Source of the DNA: Gammaproteobacteria bacterium
GTDB taxonomy: Bacteria > Pseudomonadota > Gammaproteobacteria > Natronospirales > REEB76
Length of the DNA stretch: 64,000 bases
Assembly (NCBI GenBank): GCA_035690065.1
Contig: DASSKW010000014.1
Span: 398-64,397, forward strand
Direction of reading: 5' to 3'
Position numbers and translations under genes: made by a program. Shown piece after piece: positions 39,778-51,509 of the stretch (position 1 is its first letter; each line of letters opens with the position of its first letter). A model generated the notes under the pieces. It searched no databases. It had not been told where the DNA came from and saw only the letters and a program-made list of their open reading frames with translations.

Positions 39778-41064
39778 GTGAGTAACCCCAATCAAGTCCG
39801 TGTCGATGCTGACAGCCTTGAGGTTGGCATGTATGTGACGCGTCTCGACCGGCCGTGGACGGAAACCCCATTCCTGTTTCAGGGTTTCTATATCCGCAGC
39901 TCCGACGAGATCGAGGAGTTGCGTCGCTACTGCAAATACGTATTCATCGACACCGAGCAGAGCGGCGGCGGGAGTGAGACCACCGCCGCGCGCGCGGCCA
40001 GCAAGACCGGACCCAGCAGCGAACACACCATCACGGGTGTGACCAGTCTTCGCTACCCCTCGCCACGTACAAGTACCGGCGGAGCGGCTCGCAACCGTAC
40101 TGTCTATACCGCATCCGTACCGGTGGAACAGGAGATGAAAGCCGCACGCCGCGTGCATGCCGAAGCCACCGAAGCATTGCAGGAAATCCTCACCGCGCTG
40201 CAGAACGGCGAGCAACTCGACATGGAGCTGGCCAAGCAGACCGTTGAACCGATGGTGGAAAGCGTGTTGCGCAATCCGGATGCGATGATCTGGCTGGCAC
40301 GCATGAAACAGCACGATTCGTACAGCTATCACCACTCGGTCGGCTGTTCAGTCTGGGGCATCGCTTTCGCCCGCCATCTTGGCCTGGATCGCCAGGCGCT
40401 CTACGAGATCGGTCTGGGCTGCATGCTGTTCGATGTGGGCAAGACCCGGCTACCGACAACCCTGTTGATGAAGCCGCAATCGCTGACCCCTACCGAGATC
40501 CATGTGGTACGAAATCACGTCGATTACAGTGTCGCGATCCTCGAAAACAGCGACGGCATAACTCGCCGTATCATCGAGATGGTGCACAGCCATCATGAAC
40601 GTTTCGACGGCAGTGGCTATCCTGACAAGCTCAAAGGCAACCAGATCCCGACCTTCGCCAAGATCGCCGGCATGGTGGACTGTTACGATGCCATCACCAG
40701 CATCCGTCCTTATTCGAAACAGCGTTCGCCCTATGAAGCGGTGCGCGAGATCTATACTTGGCGCAATACCTTGTTCCAGACCGAGGTGGTCGAGCAATTC
40801 ATGCAGGTCGTCGGGGCATTTCCCACCGGTTCACTGGTGGAATTGAACAGTGGCGCGGTGGGCATAGTCGTCTCCCAGAACGAAGCGCGTCGACTCAGAC
40901 CGAAGATCATGGTGGTGCTCGACGAACGCAAGAAGCGTCTGCGGAATTTCGAGACTATCGATCTTCTGAACAATAATGAACTGGAAAAAGTCGAGAAATT
41001 GTGGATCGACAAGTGTCTGGAACCAGGTGCGTACGGAGTTGATCCGCAGGAACTGTATCTTTGA
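39778..41064 (+). CDS. HD-GYP domain c-di-GMP phosphodiesterase with DUF3391-type N-terminal domain
   Basis: GTG start; 'HHSVGCSV...', 'HHERFDGSGYP'; a low-complexity Ser/Thr/Ala/Gly linker follows the N-terminal domain. Confidence 0.88.
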   Translation: MSNPNQVRVDADSLEVGMYVTRLDRPWTETPFLFQGFYIRSSDEIEELRRYCKYVFIDTEQSGGGSETTAARAASKTGPSSEHTITGVTSLRYPSPRTSTGGAARNRTVYTASVPVEQEMKAARRVHAEATEALQEILTALQNGEQLDMELAKQTVEPMVESVLRNPDAMIWLARMKQHDSYSYHHSVGCSVWGIAFARHLGLDRQALYEIGLGCMLFDVGKTRLPTTLLMKPQSLTPTEIHVVRNHVDYSVAILENSDGITRRIIEMVHSHHERFDGSGYPDKLKGNQIPTFAKIAGMVDCYDAITSIRPYSKQRSPYEAVREIYTWRNTLFQTEVVEQFMQVVGAFPTGSLVELNSGAVGIVVSQNEARRLRPKIMVVLDERKKRLRNFETIDLLNNNELEKVEKLWIDKCLEPGAYGVDPQELYL

Positions 41065-41088
41065 ATTCCGGCAGCTGGAGAGCAGGCC

Positions 41089-42378
41089 ATGACTGACAAG
41101 ATTCTCTCGCTGCGGCCCAACCGCCCTTCGCTCAATCGCTACCTCGCGTCTTATATCCGGCGTACCCAGGATAGCGATCGTCTGCTGGCATTACTGGCGA
41201 TACAGATCAAGCGTGGCCAGGAATTCAGTGCCCTGTTCGGACACAACCGCAGCGAGGCGTTGCTGGAATACATGGCGGAACGGCTGGACAACGTCTGCCG
41301 TCGCGATGACCGCATCATCCGCACCGGCGACTACGAATTCACCATGATATTGCCCGACGTCTTCAATGAAGGGCACGCCATACTCGCTGCCAACAAGATC
41401 CTGCGCTCGCTCGAGACGCCATTCGAGATCGATGGTACGGCAATTACGACCGGTATCCATATCGGCATCGCGCTGTACCCCGAACATGCTGCAACCCCCG
41501 AGAATCTGGTGCAGCACGCTGCGCTGGCATTGACCTCTGCAGAATCCAACAATCAACCATACGCGGTGTACAGCGCTGCAGCACCGGATGAGATCAGCGA
41601 CGCCTGGGATATCGAAGGTGAGATGGATGTCGCGATGCAGAACGGCGAGATGCAGATCTACTATCAGCCCAAGATCAACCTGCGTGGCGGCTTGCCTTGC
41701 GGCGCTGAAGCCCTGTTGCGCTGGCAAAGTCCGCGGCGCGGTCTGGTGCCGCCCAGCATGTTCATCCCTATCGCCTTGCGTACCGGCCAGTTGAAAGCCC
41801 TGACCTGGTCAGCACTCAACATGTCGCTGGAACATGCCGCCAACTGGCCGATGCGTTTCGGACCGTTGTCAGTGGCAGTAAACATCTCACCTTCCCTGCT
41901 GGATGATGATTCACTGATCAACCGGGTGGTGGATGCGATGGCGATCTGGGGCACCAAACCCAACCGCTTGATCCTCGAGATCACTGAATCAGCCGTGATG
42001 CGGCATCCGGAACTGAGTTTCGACACCATCCGCGGCCTCAAGGACAAGGGTGTCGGCGTCTCCATCGACGACTTCGGCACCGGCTATTCCTCGCTGGCAA
42101 ACTTCAAGAGCATCCCGGCTACCGAACTGAAGATAGATAAAAGCTTTGTGATGAATCTGCTAACGGACAAGGCCGATGCGGGCATCGTGCGTACCATCAT
42201 CGGCCTGGGACAGGCCTTCGATCTGCAGGTCGCCGCAGAAGGCGCCGAAGATCTCGAGACGCTGAAGATGCTGAAGAACATGGGCTGTCACAGCGCACAA
42301 GGCTATTACATCAGCCAGCCGCTGCCGCCGGATGCCTTCGTGAAATTCATCAACGAATACACTCCCGCTTCGTTCTGA
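41089..42378 (+). CDS. Degenerate GGDEF - EAL domain c-di-GMP phosphodiesterase
   Basis: EAL-domain motifs 'EALLRW', 'EITES', 'DDFGTGYSSL', 'KIDKSF', 'AEGAED' and 'QGYYISQP'. The GGDEF position reads 'TGDYEF' (degenerate). Confidence 0.88.
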   Translation: MTDKILSLRPNRPSLNRYLASYIRRTQDSDRLLALLAIQIKRGQEFSALFGHNRSEALLEYMAERLDNVCRRDDRIIRTGDYEFTMILPDVFNEGHAILAANKILRSLETPFEIDGTAITTGIHIGIALYPEHAATPENLVQHAALALTSAESNNQPYAVYSAAAPDEISDAWDIEGEMDVAMQNGEMQIYYQPKINLRGGLPCGAEALLRWQSPRRGLVPPSMFIPIALRTGQLKALTWSALNMSLEHAANWPMRFGPLSVAVNISPSLLDDDSLINRVVDAMAIWGTKPNRLILEITESAVMRHPELSFDTIRGLKDKGVGVSIDDFGTGYSSLANFKSIPATELKIDKSFVMNLLTDKADAGIVRTIIGLGQAFDLQVAAEGAEDLETLKMLKNMGCHSAQGYYISQPLPPDAFVKFINEYTPASF

Positions 42379-42387
42379 AATCGGGTC

Positions 42388-43323
42388 TCAACCCGTCGTG
42401 AAGGTGTAATGCAGCAGGATGCCGGCAAACACCGCCGCACCGAACCAGTTGTTGTTCAGAAATGCCTGGAAGCAACGTTGTGGATCACGACGCCGTATCA
42501 GATATTGTTGATAGACGGCAAAACCCGTCGCAAAAGCAAGCCCGGCATAATATGCACCGCTGAGTTGCAGGCGATGTCCCACCAGCAATAGCGTCAGCAG
42601 CAACAATCCCTGCAGGATCCCGACTATCAGCCGATCCAGTTCACCGAACAGGATGGCGGTGGATTTGACGCCGATCTTGAGATCGTCAGGACGATCGACC
42701 ATCGCATACATGGTGTCGTAGACCGTGGCCCAGATGATGTTGGCGATGAAGATCAACCAGGCCACGGTCGGCACGCCCCCCGTGGTGGCCGCGTACGCCA
42801 TCGGGATACCCCAGCCAAACGCCAGCCCCAGATACGGCTGTGGCAGATAGGTGTAACGTTTCATGAAGGGATACGACATCGCCAGCACCAGTCCGATGAC
42901 CGCCAGTCCCACGGTGAGCCAGTTCAAAGTCAGGACTAGTGCAAACGCCACCAAACCCAACAATACAAACAGTGCCAGTGCTTCATAGACATTGACTTCG
43001 CGGGTCGCGAGCGGCCGCGCGCGGGTGCGTTTGACATGCGGATCGAAATTGCGATCCGCAAAATCGTTCATGATGCAACCGGCCGAGCGCATGATGAACA
43101 CACCGATGACGAAGATGACGAACAGTTTCGGCGTGGGGTGTCCGTCCGCGGCCAACCACAAGGCCCACAAGGTCGGCCATAACAACAGGAAACTGCCGAT
43201 CGGCCGGTGCAGCCGCATCAGGCGCAGGTACGCCCATGCACGTTCGATGACTTTCGGCAGCCAGCGTTTCATCAACCGGCTGCGACGCAGCTGTTTAAAC
43301 CAGGCTTCGATCCGTGCATCCAT
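42388..43323 (-). CDS. ubiA: 4-hydroxybenzoate polyprenyltransferase
   Basis: 'NDFADRNFD' (NDxxDxxxD) and a second Asp-rich motif '[13 protein letters not shown]'. The ATG at 43323 overlaps the ubiC stop (TGATG). Confidence 0.9.
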   Translation of the reverse strand: MDARIEAWFKQLRRSRLMKRWLPKVIERAWAYLRLMRLHRPIGSFLLLWPTLWALWLAADGHPTPKLFVIFVIGVFIMRSAGCIMNDFADRNFDPHVKRTRARPLATREVNVYEALALFVLLGLVAFALVLTLNWLTVGLAVIGLVLAMSYPFMKRYTYLPQPYLGLAFGWGIPMAYAATTGGVPTVAWLIFIANIIWATVYDTMYAMVDRPDDLKIGVKSTAILFGELDRLIVGILQGLLLLTLLLVGHRLQLSGAYYAGLAFATGFAVYQQYLIRRRDPQRCFQAFLNNNWFGAAVFAGILLHYTFTTG

Positions 43324-43904
43324 CAGGTATCCACTCCCGGCAAGAAACATTCATAGATCAACAATCGCGCAGTCTGTACGCTCAAGACCGAGCGCCGCGC
43401 CCATAACATGCTCGGCGGTTCCGGCAAATCGCATACGGCTGCCTGATACAGCGCTTCGGACGCTGTCACCTGTCTCACTTCGATCTCGCCGCGCATCGCG
43501 TCCTGCTCCGCGAATACCCGATCTCCCAGCGGCCGGGCACCAAGCTGCTCCAGCCACTGTACAGCCGCATGCTTCGCTGCCAGTGTGCGCCCGAAGACCA
43601 AAGGCTGGGCACCGCACAGATAGACTTCCCGCAACTGTGCCGCGCTACCGGGCGGTACTCCCAACAACTGTGCGTCCCCGGTAGCAAGCTCGATGCCGGT
43701 TTCTTTCAACACCTGAACATGGAATGCATCTTTGGCCAGCGCGCGCAATTTCTGCGTGAGCGAGCCGGTATGCGTCAGCCATTCCCAAAGAGCCGGCGGC
43801 CGTTCGACGGCTGGCCACGTTGTCACCGGGCGCCAGCCGTCAACCGCCAGGCCGATGTTCGAAGGTTGCGCCATGGATGGATCAGACTCGTCCATAACGG
43901 CCAT
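43323..43904 (-). CDS. ubiC: Chorismate pyruvate-lyase
   Basis: Size and position immediately upstream of ubiA; '[12 protein letters not shown]' is a typical UbiC segment. The start is uncertain (43904, 43895 or 43874). Confidence 0.72.
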   Translation of the reverse strand: MAVMDESDPSMAQPSNIGLAVDGWRPVTTWPAVERPPALWEWLTHTGSLTQKLRALAKDAFHVQVLKETGIELATGDAQLLGVPPGSAAQLREVYLCGAQPLVFGRTLAAKHAAVQWLEQLGARPLGDRVFAEQDAMRGEIEVRQVTASEALYQAAVCDLPEPPSMLWARRSVLSVQTARLLIYECFLPGVDT

Positions 43905-45996
43905 TGTCGCCCAACCAGCGCCGGATTATCTGTGCGACATGTTCCGGTTGCTGTCCCAGCAAGTGTGCTGCAGCACGCTGTACTTCCGGGACCAATGCAG
44001 CATCACGGGTCAGGTCAGCGATCCGCAGTTTCAATTCGCCGGCCTGCCGGGTGCCCAGCATCTCACCGGGGCCACGCAACTCCAGATCGCGACGTGCGAT
44101 CTCGAAGCCATCGTTGGTCTCGCGCATGGCCTTGAGGCGCGCGCGCGCGGTACTCGAAAGCGGTGCGTGGTAGAGCAGTACACAACTTGATTCGACCCGG
44201 CCACGTCCCACCCGGCCGCGCAGTTGGTGCAACTGCGACAAACCCAAACGCTCGGCATTCTCGACGATCATGAGACTCGCATTCGGGACATCCACGCCCC
44301 CTTCGATGACAGTCGTCGCGACCAGCAACTGGGTATCGCCGGACTTGAAGTGCGCCATGGCGCGTTCCTTGTGCGCGGCTTGCATACGTCCGTGCACCAG
44401 CCCGACGCGCAGTTCAGGCAGCGCCACGGTTAGCGCTGCCGCAGTATCTTCAGCGGCCTGGCATTGCAGCACATCCGATTCTTCAATCAACGGACACACC
44501 CAATACACCTGCCTGCCTTCGAGGCAGGCATGCCGGACGCGTGCGACCACTTCATCGCGACGCGCCTCGGTTAACACCACAGTCTTCACCGGCGTCCGCC
44601 CCGGCGGCAATTCGTCTATGGAAGATACATCCAGATCCGCATAGGCGGTCATCGCCAGGGTGCGCGGGATCGGCGTCGCTGTCATGATCAGTTGATGGGG
44701 TCGATACCCCCCAGCCGCCCCTTTCTCGCTCAACGCCAGGCGCTGATGTACACCGAAACGATGCTGCTCATCGATGATCGCCAGCGCCAACGACTGAAAT
44801 TCCACCTCCTCCTGGAACAGGGCATGGGTACCAATCGCGAATGTGGCCTTGCCCTCCTGCAACGCGGCAAGCGCTTCGCGGCGTGCACCCGCTTTCATGC
44901 GTCCGCTCAGTAGTAACGGTTCGATGCCGAGCGGCACGAACCAGTCCCTGAAATTGCGGTAATGCTGTTCGGCAAGCAATTCGGTGGGCGCCATCAGCGC
45001 CGCCTGGAATCCGTCTCCGATGCAGGCCAGGGCCGCTATCGCCGCGACTACCGTCTTGCCGCAACCGACATCGCCCTGCACCAGTCTCAGCATCGGATGC
45101 GCTTGCGCCAGATCATGCAATATCTCCGCGCTGACCCTTTGTTGCGCATGGGTCAACTGGAACGGCAAAGACTCGCGAAAACGTCGCGACAATCCCGATT
45201 CCTTGCCGATGCTATGTGCATCGCTGCGTTCGGCATTCAGCCGCAATTGCCGCAGGCTCAGGTGATGTGCAAGCAGTTCCTCGAACGCGAGGCGTTGCTG
45301 CACCGGATGTGAGCCATCCATCAACAGGGCCACCGGCGCATCCGTCGGCGGCCGGTGTACATAGCGCACCGCGTCCGCCAGCGCCGGCATGGTGTTCTGC
45401 GAGAGGACAGCAGCGGGCAACAACTCCGGCAATAATCCTGGATTGGATTCCAGAATCTTCAACGCCTGATCGGTAAGCGCGCGCAACTTTAATTGTGCGA
45501 TGCCCTCGGTCGCGGGATAGATCGGAGTGAGCGCGGATTCATGCGGCATCGCAACCCCGGGCATCACCATCCGGTATTCCGGATGGATCATCTCGAGCGT
45601 GACTGCGCCCGAACGCGCTTCACCGTAACAGCGCAGGCGCACACCGCGCGCCAGCGCATCGGCTTGCGCCTGGTTGAAATGGAAAAAGCGTAAAGTGATC
45701 GCGCCGGTCCCGTCGCTGATCCGTACCAGTAGCATCCGGCGGCGGCGGATCACGATCTCGGCCAGTTGCACTTCACCCTCGATCGCAGCCGGCAGTCCGG
45801 GGCGCAACGCACCGATGGGTGTGATCCGCGTGCGGTCTTCGTAACGTGTGGGGAGATGAAACAGCAGATCGGACACGTTGTAGATGCCCAGCCGCTCCAG
45901 CCGCTCTGCAACCTGCGGCCCGACTCCACGCAAGCGCGTGATCGGCACCGGCCCTGAGTATGTCTTGCCTGCGGCCTGCATCCGTGCTGCCGTCAC
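43882..45996 (-). CDS. recG: ATP-dependent DNA helicase RecG
   Basis: 704 aa with a wedge domain, Walker A 'GDVGCGKT' and 'DEQHRFG'. Confidence 0.95.
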   Translation of the reverse strand: MTAARMQAAGKTYSGPVPITRLRGVGPQVAERLERLGIYNVSDLLFHLPTRYEDRTRITPIGALRPGLPAAIEGEVQLAEIVIRRRRMLLVRISDGTGAITLRFFHFNQAQADALARGVRLRCYGEARSGAVTLEMIHPEYRMVMPGVAMPHESALTPIYPATEGIAQLKLRALTDQALKILESNPGLLPELLPAAVLSQNTMPALADAVRYVHRPPTDAPVALLMDGSHPVQQRLAFEELLAHHLSLRQLRLNAERSDAHSIGKESGLSRRFRESLPFQLTHAQQRVSAEILHDLAQAHPMLRLVQGDVGCGKTVVAAIAALACIGDGFQAALMAPTELLAEQHYRNFRDWFVPLGIEPLLLSGRMKAGARREALAALQEGKATFAIGTHALFQEEVEFQSLALAIIDEQHRFGVHQRLALSEKGAAGGYRPHQLIMTATPIPRTLAMTAYADLDVSSIDELPPGRTPVKTVVLTEARRDEVVARVRHACLEGRQVYWVCPLIEESDVLQCQAAEDTAAALTVALPELRVGLVHGRMQAAHKERAMAHFKSGDTQLLVATTVIEGGVDVPNASLMIVENAERLGLSQLHQLRGRVGRGRVESSCVLLYHAPLSSTARARLKAMRETNDGFEIARRDLELRGPGEMLGTRQAGELKLRIADLTRDAALVPEVQRAAAHLLGQQPEHVAQIIRRWLGDNGRYGRV

Positions 45997-46373
45997 ACCA
46001 CCATCACCGCGTCCACTTCGATCTTCGCGCCACGCGGCAGCGCGGCGACCGCCAGCGTCGCGCGCGCAGGATAGGGTTCCTGAAAATACCCGGCCATGAT
46101 CTCGTTGACCTTGGCAAAGTCGCCCAGATCAAGCAGATAGATATTCAGCTTCACTACTTGCCCAAGCCCCGTACCGGACGCTTCCGCCACCGCTTTCAGG
46201 TTATCGAACACCCGTTTTGCTTCAGTCTCGATGCCGCCCTGTACCAGTTCGCCACGCTTCGGATCGAGGGCGATCTGTCCGGAGAGATAGACCGTATTAC
46301 CGACCCGGATCGCCTGTGAATAAGGTCCGATGGCGCGCGGAGCCTGGTCTGTAAAGATAGCTGTACGGGTCAT
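45993..46373 (-). CDS. ridA: RidA family reactive-intermediate deaminase
   Basis: 'APRAIGPYSQAI...VYLSGQIAL' is the YjgF/RidA signature. Counted from M14 of the ORF (126 aa), with a 4-nt overlap with recG. Confidence 0.9.
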   Translation of the reverse strand: MTRTAIFTDQAPRAIGPYSQAIRVGNTVYLSGQIALDPKRGELVQGGIETEAKRVFDNLKAVAEASGTGLGQVVKLNIYLLDLGDFAKVNEIMAGYFQEPYPARATLAVAALPRGAKIEVDAVMVV

Positions 46374-46451
46374 GGCAGCCTCGATTGAGTTGAAAGTTTG
46401 AACGTGATGCAATGATAAACAACCACGCCGGTGTCGTCTCGACCGAGACCC

Positions 46452-48608
46452 TCAGGCGCGGGTTCGCTGGATCCGGATCACCTGCGGCAAGCCGCGCAAC
46501 TTGCGCAGGATACGCGCCAGATGCACCCTGTCCTTCACCCCGAACACGAAGGTCAGCACCGAGGTGAGTTCGTCACGGTCCTGCTGATTGACATGCTCGA
46601 TGTTGGAACGCATCTCGGCGATGGCTGCCGCCACCGTCGCCAGCACGCCGCGCTGGTTGGCGACATCGGCGCGGATCTCGACCGGGAACTCGCGCTTGAT
46701 GCGTCTCTCCCACTGCACCTCGATCCACTTGTCCGGCTGGTTGCGGTAATCGTTGAGATTGCCGCATTCCTCGCGGTGGATCACGATGCCTTTGCCGGCA
46801 GTCAGCACGCCGACGATGCCATCACCCGGAATCGGGTGGCAGCAGCGCGCGAATGTGACTACCAGCCCTTCGGTACCGCGGATCGCCAATGGCGCGCCGG
46901 GTTTCCCGGCTTCAGTTCCGGTATTCTGAACAGGCATCAAGCGACGCGCGACCAGTGGTGCCAGATGCTGGCCCAGACCGATGGCTTCGAACAATTCATC
47001 CTGATCCTGCAACTTGAATTCGCGGATCACCGTTTCGATTCGTTCGTCAGGGATACGATCGAACTTGAGTGAGAGTGAAGCGAGCGAACGCTCCAGCATG
47101 CGCCGCCCCAACGCGGCCGCCTCATCGTGCTGCAGGTTCTTGAGGAAATGCCGGATATTGGCGCGCGCCTTTGCGGTGACCACAAAATTGAGCCAGGCTG
47201 GATTGGGACGGCCCTTGGGCGCAGTGATGATCTCGACAGTCTGGCCATTTTCCAGTTGCGTGCGTAACGGCACCAGCCGCCGGTTCACTTTCGCCGCGAC
47301 GCAGGCATTACCGACATCGGTATGCACCGCGTAGGCGAAGTCGACTGCGGTCGCGCCGCGCGCCAGACGATGGATATCGCCCTTGGGCGTGAATACATAG
47401 ACTTCATCCGGGAACAGATCGACCTTGACGTTCTCGAGGAATTCCAGCGAATTGCCGGCACCTTCCTGCATCTGCAGCACACCCTTCAGCCATTCCCGTG
47501 CGCGCACTTCCGGTGCAGTTGCGCCACCGCCACTGGTCTTGTACATCCAGTGTGCGGCGATACCAGATGAGGAAATTTTTTCCATGTCTTCAGTGCGGAT
47601 CTGCACTTCCAGCGGCACCCCCTGTGGCCCGATCAACACCGTGTGCAATGACTGATAACCATTGGCCTTGGGGATCGCGATGTAATCCTTGAATTTGCCC
47701 GGTACCGGCTTGTACAGACCGTGCACCACGCCCAACGCGCGATAACAGGTATCGGTCTGATCCACGATGATGCGGAATGCATACACGTCCAGCACTTCGT
47801 TCAGAGACAGACCCTTGACCCGCATCTTGCGGTAGATGCTGTAAAGATGTTTCTCGCGACCGGCAACACTGGCCTGGACTGCATGACGTTCCAAAGCCTG
47901 ATTCAGACTGGTCGTGATCTTCTGCACCATCTCCTTCTGGTGGCCGCGCGCGCGTTTGAGATGACGCGACAGCACCTTGTGGCGCAGCGGATGCAAGGCT
48001 TCGAAACCCAGATCCTCCAGTTCCATGCGCATCGCGCTCATCCCGAGCCGGTGCGCGATAGGTGCATAGATCTCGAGAGTCTCACGCGCGATCCTGCGGC
48101 GCTTGGGTGACGGCATCACGCCCAGTGTGCGCATGTTGTGCAGACGATCGGCGAGTTTCACCAGGATGACGCGGATGTCCTCGACCATGGCAAGGATCAT
48201 CTTGCGGAAATTCTCCGCCTGCGCCTGTTCACGGCTCTCGAACTTGATCTGGGTGAGTTTGGAGACGCCGTCGACCAGTTGCGCCACTTCGCCGCCGAAA
48301 TCCTTGATCAATTCTTCCTTGAGTGTCGGCGTATCTTCGATGACATCGTGCAGCAACGCCGCTTCGATGGTGTGATAGTCCATACGCTGATCGGCAAGGA
48401 TCATGGCGACGGCTAGCGGGTGTGAGATATAAGGTTCGCCACTGAGTCGGCGCTGACCTTCATGAGCGTGTGCGCCGAATTGATAGGCGCGCTGGACATC
48501 GTCCACCTGCTCCTGTGGCAGGTAGGTACGGAGTTTGGCGAGTAGCGCTTCGAGTCCGGTAACCCGCTTCCCCCGGACGCGATCAAAGATGGAAGCGGTG
48601 TGTGACAT
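46452..48608 (-). CDS. spoT: Bifunctional (p)ppGpp synthetase/hydrolase
   Basis: 718 aa with HD hydrolase motif 'HDVIEDT', RelA/SpoT synthetase domain, and TGS and ACT C-terminal domains. The rpoZ-spoT-ridA-recG order is as in Pseudomonas. Confidence 0.93.
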   Translation of the reverse strand: MSHTASIFDRVRGKRVTGLEALLAKLRTYLPQEQVDDVQRAYQFGAHAHEGQRRLSGEPYISHPLAVAMILADQRMDYHTIEAALLHDVIEDTPTLKEELIKDFGGEVAQLVDGVSKLTQIKFESREQAQAENFRKMILAMVEDIRVILVKLADRLHNMRTLGVMPSPKRRRIARETLEIYAPIAHRLGMSAMRMELEDLGFEALHPLRHKVLSRHLKRARGHQKEMVQKITTSLNQALERHAVQASVAGREKHLYSIYRKMRVKGLSLNEVLDVYAFRIIVDQTDTCYRALGVVHGLYKPVPGKFKDYIAIPKANGYQSLHTVLIGPQGVPLEVQIRTEDMEKISSSGIAAHWMYKTSGGGATAPEVRAREWLKGVLQMQEGAGNSLEFLENVKVDLFPDEVYVFTPKGDIHRLARGATAVDFAYAVHTDVGNACVAAKVNRRLVPLRTQLENGQTVEIITAPKGRPNPAWLNFVVTAKARANIRHFLKNLQHDEAAALGRRMLERSLASLSLKFDRIPDERIETVIREFKLQDQDELFEAIGLGQHLAPLVARRLMPVQNTGTEAGKPGAPLAIRGTEGLVVTFARCCHPIPGDGIVGVLTAGKGIVIHREECGNLNDYRNQPDKWIEVQWERRIKREFPVEIRADVANQRGVLATVAAAIAEMRSNIEHVNQQDRDELTSVLTFVFGVKDRVHLARILRKLRGLPQVIRIQRTRA

Positions 48609-48648
48609 GTTGTGGCGGGTCGTACCGACCCCGTTACAGGGCGCCGCT

Positions 48649-48772
48649 AAAAATCAGGGATTTTGGTTTCTGGGTAGGCAGAAATGACCGAGGAACCGGA
48701 GTGTACACGCTAGTACATGAGGATTTCGAGGTCATTTCTAACACCCCCAGAAAGCAAAAGAGACATTTTTAG
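48649..48772. repeat. Copy B of the ~124-bp long-inverted-repeat element
   Basis: About 8 mismatches against copy A (4022..4145) by hand alignment, in the same orientation. It lies between the rpoZ stop (48780) and the spoT start (48608). Confidence 0.8.
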
Positions 48773-48779
48773 AGGTGCC

Positions 48780-49049
48780 CTACAGTGGATCCTCCGCGTC
48801 CATCACTACGACCGGTTGCTGTTCCACCGGCTCTTCGATGATCGGTTGTTCGATCTCGTCGAGGATCGCGGGACCGACGTTGCCGGCTGCAACTTCACGC
48901 AACGCAACCACCGTGGGCTTGTCGTTTTCCCAGGCTACCGTAGGTTCGACCCCGCGGGACAATTGCCGTGCCCGCTTGGTGGCGACCAGCACCAGCTGGA
49001 ACAGGTTATCGACGTTATTCAAACAGTCTTCGACGGTGACGCGGGCCAT
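48780..49049 (-). CDS. rpoZ: RNA polymerase omega subunit
   Basis: '[30 protein letters not shown]' is the canonical RpoZ N-terminus. Confidence 0.93.
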   Translation of the reverse strand: MARVTVEDCLNNVDNLFQLVLVATKRARQLSRGVEPTVAWENDKPTVVALREVAAGNVGPAILDEIEQPIIEEPVEQQPVVVMDAEDPL

Positions 49050-49115
49050 GGAAACTCCGTAATGCTGAAAAAGCCAAAAAAATCAGGGCCTTTCAGTTTA
49101 CCTGAGCGGACGGCC

Positions 49116-50604
<1,489 letters not shown>

Positions 50605-50700
50605 GCAGATTCCTGTGCCCGAAGGCGGTGGATGGAAGGCGGAATGGTAAGCTAAACGCCTTGTTCCTCGAAAGCTAATATTACAAAGAGGCTCATTGGC

Positions 50701-51441
50701 TTGAACGTCGAAACCGCCCAAGTGAGCCGTCAAGGCAATCGTAGCGAGAATCAGGACCGTGCCAGCGTGGTGGTCACGGATTCCCTGATTCTGTTGGCGG
50801 TGGCCGATGGCATGGGCGGGCACGCGGCCGGCGATGTGGCTGCCGAAAGCGCAGTCGATTCCCTGATCCGTGCTTTCAAGCAGACCCGTGGCAACATCCA
50901 CGATCCAGCCGAATTCCTGCGCATGAGCATCGTGGATGCCCACGAAGCCGTGGTCTTGCTCGGCAGTCAACTGCCGCCCGAAGTGCGTCCTCGCACCACC
51001 ATCACCGCCTGTCTGATTACCGATGGCGTGGCCGTCTGGGCACATGTCGGCGACAGCCGCATCTATTTGATCCGTGACCAGCACGTCCTGGCCCGTACCC
51101 GCGATCACAGCGCGGTGGAGATCCTGGCCCGGCAGGGTCTGCTGTCGGATGAAGACATGGCGCGACATCCGTTACGCAACTTCGTGGATCAATGCCTTGG
51201 TGGTGATCCCGAGCTGCCCACCATCGCGATCGCGCCACCGCACCCGCTGCTTGCTGGCGATGTATTGCTGTTGTGTTCCGATGGGTTGTGGGCGCCGTTG
51301 GAAGACAGCTACATCGCGAACGAGCTGGGTACGAACCTGGAATTGCAATTGTCACTGGAGCTGGTCGCGGGCGAAGCGGAATCACGCGCTTCACCTTCGA
51401 GCGACAACGTCACCGGCGTGGCGCTGCGTTGGCAAGACTGA
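50701..51441 (+). CDS. PP2C-family Ser/Thr protein phosphatase
   Basis: 'RSENQDR', '[17 protein letters not shown]' and 'LLCSDGLW' are PPM motifs. TTG start at 50701 (alternative GTG at 50722). No kinase is adjacent. Confidence 0.85.
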   Translation: MNVETAQVSRQGNRSENQDRASVVVTDSLILLAVADGMGGHAAGDVAAESAVDSLIRAFKQTRGNIHDPAEFLRMSIVDAHEAVVLLGSQLPPEVRPRTTITACLITDGVAVWAHVGDSRIYLIRDQHVLARTRDHSAVEILARQGLLSDEDMARHPLRNFVDQCLGGDPELPTIAIAPPHPLLAGDVLLLCSDGLWAPLEDSYIANELGTNLELQLSLELVAGEAESRASPSSDNVTGVALRWQD

Positions 51442-51509
51442 AATATCAGGCACACAATATCCGTATAATCTCTGGTCCTTCGATTCCGACGCTACAGGTA
51501 ACCATTTCA

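Noticed and set aside
50605-51168. Upstream 188-aa extension of the yicC ORF (476-aa version).
   Set aside because: YicC homologues start at 'MI(R/C)SMT', which corresponds to 50604 here. The extension is antisense to the PP2C gene and has no protein-like features.
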